Origin: a virus
Taxonomy: Duplodnaviria; Heunggongvirae; Uroviricota; Caudoviricetes
Virus record (IMG/VR): IMGVR_UViG_3300033463_000003
DNA length: 64,000 nucleotides
Reading direction: 5' to 3' (one strand)
Shown here piece by piece: positions 57,873 to 64,000 of this stretch (the first letter of the stretch is position 1; each line of letters begins with the position of its first letter). The position numbers and the translations under genes were made by a program. The notes under the pieces were generated by a model. It was given only the letters and a program-made list of their open reading frames with translations, ran no database searches and was not told the DNA's origin.

Positions 57873-58256
57873 ATGAAGATGAATTTAACAGAAAAGATCG
57901 AAGGTACTTGTGATAACGGTATGACTTTAACACTAAGCGATTCGGACTTCCACACGGCCGATGCAGCTTTTGTGTATGACCATATGAACGATGCTAAGAC
58001 CATACTGAGTAATACAATGTCAGACCTATCACCGGAAAACATGGTAGAAAAATTTAAACTCATTATTATAACTACACTCTTCTTGGTTTGCTTTAAGGCG
58101 CCGGAAAATACGATCAAAGCTTTCAAGGGCCTTATTGAACTTTTTAGAGTACCAGAAAAAGAATTAAAAGAAATTATCCATGAAGTATTAGAGGACAGGG
58201 AAATTCTTACTAGCTTAAATAGATGTGTCCGCGAAGTACTCAACGTTAAAAAATAG
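57873..58256 (+). CDS. Hypothetical protein, paralog of the N-terminal domain of CDS 2-1585
   Basis: Shared pattern DF...DA.FV..H...K.I....M and C.K.P...I...K..I...ELK.II...L.D.EIL.....CVR..L. Start uncertain. Confidence 0.7.
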   Translation: MKMNLTEKIEGTCDNGMTLTLSDSDFHTADAAFVYDHMNDAKTILSNTMSDLSPENMVEKFKLIIITTLFLVCFKAPENTIKAFKGLIELFRVPEKELKEIIHEVLEDREILTSLNRCVREVLNVKK

Positions 58257-58270
58257 AAAGGGAGTAAACT

Positions 58271-58639
58271 ATGGCAGTATTAAATTCAACATTAGTAAAT
58301 GGTAATCTTAATGTAACAGGAACAGTATCAGCTTCAGGCTATACAACAACCTCTGATAAAAGATTAAAAGAAAACATCAAAGAGTTCAAACCAGAAGCAA
58401 CTATTTTAAACTTACCTATTTACATCTATGACTATAAAGAGGGACTAAAAGCTCAAGTAGGCTGCCTCGCCCAGGATTTACAAGAGTTATTCCCAGAGCT
58501 TGTAGTGGAAAATGAAAATGGATTCCTTAGTATTCAAGAGTCTAAGTTAGTATATCCACTATTATTAGAGCTTAAACGCCAACAAGAGGAAATCGAAGCC
58601 TTAAAAACTGAAATTTCGAGCCTAAAAAGCCAAATTTAG
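58271..58639 (+). CDS. Short tail fibre protein C2 with a peptidase S74-like chaperone
   Basis: MAVLNSTLVNG matches MAQLNSTTVHG of C1. Motif TSDKRLKENI...GCLAQDLQE. Confidence 0.8.
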   Translation: MAVLNSTLVNGNLNVTGTVSASGYTTTSDKRLKENIKEFKPEATILNLPIYIYDYKEGLKAQVGCLAQDLQELFPELVVENENGFLSIQESKLVYPLLLELKRQQEEIEALKTEISSLKSQI

Positions 58640-59125
58640 TGAAAAATAAGCTGAAAATGGCCAAATTAGGAAAATTAGTTTTTTTGCTAGGTCAAATTTG
58701 GAAAGTTTCATTTTCACCTTATGGCTAATTAGGGAAATTTGGAAATTTAGGTTTTTACATAATGTATATGTAGCTTAACACACTATATAGATCTGAAATT
58801 AGTGAAATTTGGAAAATTTAGAATTTCACTAATTTTTTTATTAAAGCTAATTTGGGAAATTTCATTATGCTACATTTACCTAAAAACTTATCAAATGTAG
58901 TTTAATAAAAAAGCAAACCTGGAATCAGCCAAATTTGCCTAATTTTCGGAATTTCGTAAATTTGCTTATTTTGGGGCTTTTTATTCCTGGTAAGATAAAA
59001 TACCTACTATGTGGCTAAAATGCGATGTGGCTTGTTTTTGGAGCTTTATTTCACGTTTTAACAACATATGTATAATTGCATTTTTACCTTGACCACGAAA
59101 CTGTCCAAATTTGCCCAATTTCGTT
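58630..59125. repeat. Non-coding region with degenerate AAATT(T/A)GG / CCAAATTT repeats
   Basis: More than 10 degenerate copies, with orientation tending to switch around 58870-58900. Confidence 0.5.
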
Positions 59126-59139
59126 TCCATCTTACTTAC

Positions 59140-59168
59140 ATTATACTATACAATTTTTTATCTGTAAA
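59140..59168 (-). promoter_or_regulatory. Sigma-A/70-type promoter on the minus strand
   Basis: Reverse complement reads TTTACA-17 nt-TATAAT. Confidence 0.6.
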
Positions 59169-59170
59169 CT

Positions 59171-59210
59171 TTTAATAATTTAATAATTTAATGATTTAAT
59201 AATTTATTAA
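59171..59210. repeat. 8-bp tandem repeat (TTTAATAA x5)
   Basis: tttaataa tttaataa tttaatga tttaataa tttattaa. Confidence 0.75.
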
Positions 59211-59229
59211 AAAATAGCTAAAAAAACTA

Positions 59230-59269
59230 TTTACAACTATTTACTTTTGTGGTATAATAAAGGTATAAT
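59230..59269 (+). promoter_or_regulatory. Tandem sigma-A/70-type promoters
   Basis: TTTACA-17-(TGG)TATAAT at 59230-59258 and TTTACT-18-TATAAT at 59240-59269. Confidence 0.65.
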
Positions 59270-59299
59270 GGGGAGTGTTTTTTTATAAAAAAAACGACT

Positions 59300-59363
59300 T
59301 TAATAAATTAATAATTTAATGTTTTAATAATTTAATAAACTAATAAATTAATAATTCATTAAA
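59300..59363. repeat. 8-bp tandem repeat (TTAATAAW x8)
   Basis: ttaataaa ttaataat ttaatgtt ttaataat ttaataaa ctaataaa ttaataat tcattaaa. Confidence 0.75.
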
Positions 59364-59711
59364 ACTACTAAATACTATATTACCTACCAGAACTAAATAA
59401 TTCAATTTTTTTTAGTAATTATAGTTGAACGGAGTTCAACATGCCGTTAGGCATTATTTAGTTATACTTTTCTTTTTATATAATTTTTCTTTTACAAGAA
59501 AAATAAATGATAAAAGCTTTATATATAAAAGCATAGTAATAATAAAGAAGCTTTATATGTGCGCGCGCGTATATATTTTAATGTTTTTAATGTTTTATTA
59601 GAAAAATAATTCAATAAATCATTAAATTATTAAAAAATTAACAATTTTTTAATAATAAAGGCTGTATAATATTATAGATGAAGTGTTTTAGTTATATTAG
59701 GAGATTTAGAT

Positions 59712-60023
59712 ATGGCGAAAGAATCACAAACAAATCAATGAGTTGCAATTAAATGCCCACATTGCGGTTATGAGTATATTCCAGCAGAGATCTTCTTTCC
59801 AGATCAATTGCTAGGTAATGCAAAAACAGTAATTAAAGATGCATTAGGTAAAATTCTTTATGTGGAATGAAAACCTGATGAAGAACCAGCATTAACAGAA
59901 AAATGGGTTTGCGATAATTGTGGGGAAACATTTAAAGTAACAGCTAGCTTTTCATTTAAAACAGAAAAGGAAGTTGCAGAGTTAGATTTTAAGAACCAAT
60001 CAGTAAGCTTGTTAGATGATTAA
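59712..60023 (+). CDS. Zn-ribbon protein (103 aa; absent from the ORF track)
   Basis: AGGAG RBS, two TGAs, CPHC...CDNC. Confidence 0.75.
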
Positions 60024-60059
60024 CACTTACTTTTTTCTTTTTTAGCGAGGTATTAGCAT

Positions 60060-61766
60060 ATGATTAGGGTTCAGGAAACAATACCATTAAAAGTGTCTGG
60101 GTTATCCAGCTTTTTAGTATACTCCCAATACAATCAAGAGCTAATTAATCTGATTAAGTCATTAGATACTGCATACTTCCACAAGAAACTTACTGCTTGG
60201 GAGATTCCAGTAACATCTTTATGCAAATTCCTCGATGCAGCTACATTCCTGGATAATATTGAACTCACTTTACTAGAAGATAGTGAAGTAGCCCCTGGTG
60301 CGCAGCCAAATTTGGTAAATTCCGAAATTTCAAATTTTAGAGTTAAGCCTTTTGAACACCAGATCGATGGAATTAACTTTTTACTACAACATCCTAAAGC
60401 ACTATTACTTGATAGCATGGGTGTTGGAAAGAGTAATCAGATTATTTGAACTGCTGAAACATTACATAGAAGAGGTCTGATCGATCACTGTTTAATTATT
60501 TGTGGTGTTAATAGTGTAAAGCAGAACTGGAAAAAAGAAATTCAGAAATTTAGTACCGAGTCATGTATTGTGATCGGTGAAAAGATGAAGAAGAATGGGG
60601 AGGTATCTGCTACACCACTTTCTATTAGTGAAAGAGTGGAACAATTATCTAGACCTATAGATGAATTCTTCGTGATCATAAATGTTGAGTCACTCCGCGA
60701 TGATCGGATCATAAATGCACTAACTAAGAGCTCAGTGAATAAATTTGGATTGATAGCTGTAGATGAAATACATAGGGTTGCAACAAAGAGTTCCCAACAA
60801 GGAGCCAACTTACTTAAGCTAACATCTGAATTTAAGATCGCTGCTACTGGAACTTTACTAACAAACTCACCGATCTCATGTTATGTTCCATTAGCCTGGA
60901 CTGAAAATGATCATGCAATACTTACTAACTTCAAATCACAATACTGTACATTTGGTGGATTTAACAACTCTCAAGTGATCGGATACAAGAATTTAGATCT
61001 GTTAAAAGAAGAATTAGATAGTTGTAGTATTAGAAGAACTCTTGCCGATGTACGTGATGATATGCCAAAGAAAACTGTTTACACTGAATTAGTAGAACTT
61101 TCTGAGGAACATAGGAAATTTTACGATGCTATTAAAGAAGGTGTAAAAGAAGAGGCTGATAAGATCCAATTAAATTCTTCTAACTTACTTGCACTAACCA
61201 CTAGACTAAGACAAGCAACAGCCTGCCCAGGGATCCTAACTACACAAGATATTATGTCCAGTAAAATAGAAAGATGTGTGGAACTTGTAGAGGATTTAGT
61301 AGAGCAAGGTGAAAAGGTAGTAGTCATGTCCAATTTCAAAGAGCCTCTCTATAAGTTAGCTACATTATTGGAAAAATATAAACCTTTAGTGAATACAGGT
61401 GACTTCCCTGATGAGACGATCAGCCGTAATGTAGACCAGTTCCAGAATGACACTAACACTAAAGTATTCTTAGGAACTCATGCTAGAGTGGGAACCGGAT
61501 TAACATTAAATGCAGCTGCTTACTTAATCTGCTTAGATACACCTTTCACTTACAGTAGTTTTGCACAAAGCTGTGATCGAATTTACAGGGTCAACAATAC
61601 TAGACCAGCATTTATTACTGTACTTGTCGGCAAAGATACGATTGATGAGCGTGTAGCCGAGATCATTGAAACTAAAAAAGACCTTAGTGATTATGTTGTG
61701 GATAACATCGATAATAGCTTAAGTTCACTTAAAGATGAACTTCTACAAATTATTAAAAATCTTTAA
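60060..61766 (+). CDS. SNF2-family helicase/ATPase (568 aa)
   Basis: TGA at 60447. Motifs DSMGVGKS, DEIH, ATGT, GTGLTLNAA, QSCDRIYR. Confidence 0.92.
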
Positions 61767-61773
61767 ATAGTTG

Positions 61774-61808
61774 TGTACAAAAAATAAAAACTATGGTATA
61801 ATTATAAT
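61774..61808 (+). promoter_or_regulatory. Sigma-A/70-type promoter with doubled TATAAT
   Basis: TGTACA-17-(TGG)TATAATTATAAT followed by AGGAGG. Confidence 0.65.
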
Positions 61809-61824
61809 GTAGGAGGAATAATAC

Positions 61825-62286
61825 ATGAAAAGATTGTATAAAGTAAAAGGCCAAATGATTATTGATGTCGAATGGGAAACATATGCTGAGTCAAAAGATG
61901 ATGCATTATCTAAGTTCTTTGCAGCAGATGCAAGAGATGTTATTGATGATGCACATATTACTGATGTCAATACAGATGAAGAAAGTGCAGAATTAGTTGA
62001 ACCTATCTTCGTTGTCAAAGCATACAATATTGACTATGATGTTACATATGGTGATGTATTTGACCAAGTTGCAGCTAAATATCCAGAAGTCCCAGAAGAT
62101 ACAGATGAATTTGATGATTTAGTTGATGAAGAAATTGCAAAGATTAAAGCATCATTACCACAAGAGCTCACTTTAGAAATTGAATGTGAACGTGATGATT
62201 TAGATGATTATGTTGCTGATACAATTTCTAATGAGACAGACTGGTTAATTAATGGCTGCGATTATGATATCATAGAGGAAAAATAA
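61825..62286 (+). CDS. Acidic hypothetical protein
   Basis: Strong RBS, clean ORF. Confidence 0.75.
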   Translation: MKRLYKVKGQMIIDVEWETYAESKDDALSKFFAADARDVIDDAHITDVNTDEESAELVEPIFVVKAYNIDYDVTYGDVFDQVAAKYPEVPEDTDEFDDLVDEEIAKIKASLPQELTLEIECERDDLDDYVADTISNETDWLINGCDYDIIEEK

Positions 62287-62861
62287 TGGGAAGAGATACA
62301 TTGAAAGTAATGGGAGCTTCCAACCATTGTGATGAAGAGCGAGCTGCTAACGACTACTATGGCACAAACCCTGAATCAACTAAAGCATTACTTAGGGTAG
62401 AAACATTTGATCATAATATTTGGGAACCAGCTGCCGGGCACCATTTAATTGCTAATGTTCTAAAAGATGCCGGCTATAATGTCAAAACAACAGATTTAGT
62501 TAATTATGGCTTTGGTGATGAACAACTAAACTTCCTTGAATGCCAAGATGTGTTTGATGGTGATATAGTTACAAACCCACCGTACGGAATTTCTACCGAA
62601 TTTGCCATTAAAGCACTAGAGCTAGTAAAACCTAGGCATAAAGTTGCGATGTTCCTTAGAACCCTATTCTTAGAGGGAACAAAACGATATGAAACATTAT
62701 TTAAATTAAACCCGCCTAAAGTTGTTTATGTATTCAGCAATAGACAGGTATCAGATAAGAATGATGACTTCAATAAAGGTTCTGCAGTATCATATAGTTG
62801 GGTAGTCTGGGAAAAAGGATATCAAGGCGACCCAATAATTAAGTGGATAAGTTCCAAATAA
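62286..62861 (+). CDS. DNA amino-methyltransferase (N6-adenine likely)
   Basis: SAM-binding IWEPAAG and catalytic VTNPPY motifs. Confidence 0.85.
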   Translation: MGRDTLKVMGASNHCDEERAANDYYGTNPESTKALLRVETFDHNIWEPAAGHHLIANVLKDAGYNVKTTDLVNYGFGDEQLNFLECQDVFDGDIVTNPPYGISTEFAIKALELVKPRHKVAMFLRTLFLEGTKRYETLFKLNPPKVVYVFSNRQVSDKNDDFNKGSAVSYSWVVWEKGYQGDPIIKWISSK

Positions 62862-62895
62862 GGCTAATTTAAAAAGTTAGCTTTTTTTATTTTTT
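62861..62895 (+). terminator. Rho-independent terminator
   Basis: aggctaattt-aa-aaagttagctt plus T tract. Confidence 0.6.
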
Positions 62896-62906
62896 TAATT
62901 TTCCTA

Positions 62907-62941
62907 TTTACATTTACAGTTGTTTGTGTTATAATTATAAT
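62907..62941 (+). promoter_or_regulatory. Tandem sigma-A/70-type promoters
   Basis: TTTACATTTACA and TATAATTATAAT, each pair spaced 17 nt. Confidence 0.7.
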
Positions 62942-63001
62942 GGGGAGTGGTGTGTGTGAAAAAAAAACACACCTTTTATTTTTATTGCTTTGTTTTATTT
63001 T

Positions 63002-63011
63002 TGCTAAATTA
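63002..63011 (+). promoter_or_regulatory. Putative late promoter TGCTAAATTA
   Basis: Motif copy upstream of an AAGGAG RBS. Confidence 0.7.
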
Positions 63012-63046
63012 TTTGATAGTCAGTTCTAAAAAGGAGATTAGAATAA

Positions 63047-64000
63047 ATGGCACAAATTGATAAAAAGAAAATTATTGTAGAAAGTGTCGATCCATTTGAT
63101 GCTTTCGATGAAATTCCTGCAGTTGAATCTGAATCACTAGAAGAAGATTTAGAACCAATCGTAGAGGAATTCGAACAAGATACACTTTGGGAAGATGTTG
63201 ATGATGATGTAGTTGTCGATGTTGAAAACCCATTTGTAGTAGAATTTGAACCAGAATTTTTAGAAGTATCTGCTAGTGATTATGATGATGAATATGGTGA
63301 AGAACCACAAGCATCAGAAATTTCAGCAGAAGAACAAGAACAATCTGAAGAACCAATCGCTATTTCAGTAGAAGAAGTTAAAGAGGTTGCTGAAGCTGTT
63401 GCTGAAGAAGTAGTTGCCGAAATCGCACCTGAAGTTCCTGCTGAAGAAGCTGCTGAAGTTATTGAAGATAAAGTAGAAGAAGTTGTCGAAGATAAACTTG
63501 GTGAAGAAAAGGTTCCTGAAGATGAACAACCAGAAGATGTAGCTGATGCAGCTGCAGAATCTGAAGAATCCACTGAAGATAGTGAAGAAAGTTCTGATCA
63601 TGAAGAAGATGATGAATCTGATGATGAAGAATTGGATGAAGCTTTACTTCTTGAAACAACAAAGGGTGTTATAAATAAAAACTTTGACAAATTTATTGTT
63701 TGCCGCTGGAAAGCTAGTGGTTCATTAGATGGTCAAATGGAATTTAAAACAATTCAAGATGCTATGAAGTATGCCCAACAATGGTCAAAGAAATCTGATG
63801 CTGGTGATAAAGGCGCTTCAATATTTGGTGGTGAAATTGATCCAGAAAATAGATTAGTTAAATTTGTTAAGGGTCATAAAGTTGATAATGATTTAAAAGC
63901 TACTGCAAAACAAATGAAAAAAGATGCTAAGGCTGATGCTGGAATGGAAAAAGCTGCTGCTAAAGCTATTGGCGCACAATCCACTGCAGAAGAAGAAGCT
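63047..64000 (+). CDS. Acidic putative head/internal protein (3' truncated; absent from the ORF track)
   Basis: ATG 63047, frame open to the window end. N-terminal FDAFDEIPAVE resembles FKALDEIEVPAVE of CDS 20854. Contains ESLEE and ALLLET motifs. Confidence 0.75.
   Translation, partial: MAQIDKKKIIVESVDPFDAFDEIPAVESESLEEDLEPIVEEFEQDTLWEDVDDDVVVDVENPFVVEFEPEFLEVSASDYDDEYGEEPQASEISAEEQEQSEEPIAISVEEVKEVAEAVAEEVVAEIAPEVPAEEAAEVIEDKVEEVVEDKLGEEKVPEDEQPEDVADAAAESEESTEDSEESSDHEEDDESDDEELDEALLLETTKGVINKNFDKFIVCRWKASGSLDGQMEFKTIQDAMKYAQQWSKKSDAGDKGASIFGGEIDPENRLVKFVKGHKVDNDLKATAKQMKKDAKADAGMEKAAAKAIGAQSTAEEEA

Noticed and set aside
43856-58639. Diversity-generating retroelement or invertible shufflon acting on the fibres
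   Set aside because: No reverse transcriptase, invertase, adenine-variable repeat pair or inverted cassette is visible in the window.
58640-59700. Suppressor tRNA-Trp(TCA) or other tRNA in intergenic DNA
   Set aside because: No cloverleaf or T-loop context was found by eye. tRNAscan-SE or ARAGORN would be needed to exclude it fully.
60760-61595. Additional arginine-codon reassignment (AGG or CGA)
   Set aside because: AGG and CGA encode the expected Arg in helicase motifs DEIHR and DRIYR.
1875-63662. Minus-strand and alternate-frame ORFs in the track (e.g. 1875-2234, 13415-13936, 23885-24556, 30640-31191, 50396-50857, 63280-63573)
   Set aside because: They are Ser-rich or otherwise biased shadows of strongly coding + strand genes, with no RBS or motifs.

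Overview
This is the virion-morphogenesis region of a large, AT-rich (about 30% GC by eye) T4-like contractile-tailed phage that uses genetic code 4 (TGA = Trp). Once TGA is read through, the fragmented ORF track collapses into about 38 contiguous + strand genes, and every complete gene ends in TAA or TAG. Gene order: acidic multi-domain putative head-cargo proteins, large terminase, portal, prohead protease fused to a scaffold, major capsid protein, two glycan-modifying enzymes, neck and tail-completion proteins, sheath, tube, a gp26-like chaperone with a probable frameshift extension, tape measure, baseplate, and two paralogous three-gene tail-fibre/adhesin cassettes. A repeat-rich, mostly non-coding origin-like zone follows (56.9-59.7 kb), then an SNF2 helicase, a DNA amino-methyltransferase and another acidic protein. 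A phage-specific motif (T)GCTAAATTA, a putative late promoter, occurs 12 times upstream of virion genes. The most novel signals are: (1) a candidate virion-glycosylation system right after the capsid gene, whose two unrelated enzymes share a C-terminal tag ADGxxNx[YF]LYF-stop; (2) TGA-Trp usage that depends on gene class; (3) polyprotein-like capsid cargo punctuated by (L/I)-X-E protease sites; (4) a start-less gp51-like ORF apparently reached by a +1/-2 frameshift; (5) a dense GATC cluster inside the helicase gene. All product calls come from motif recognition and synteny, not database searches. No tRNA, CRISPR array, integrase or lysis gene was seen.
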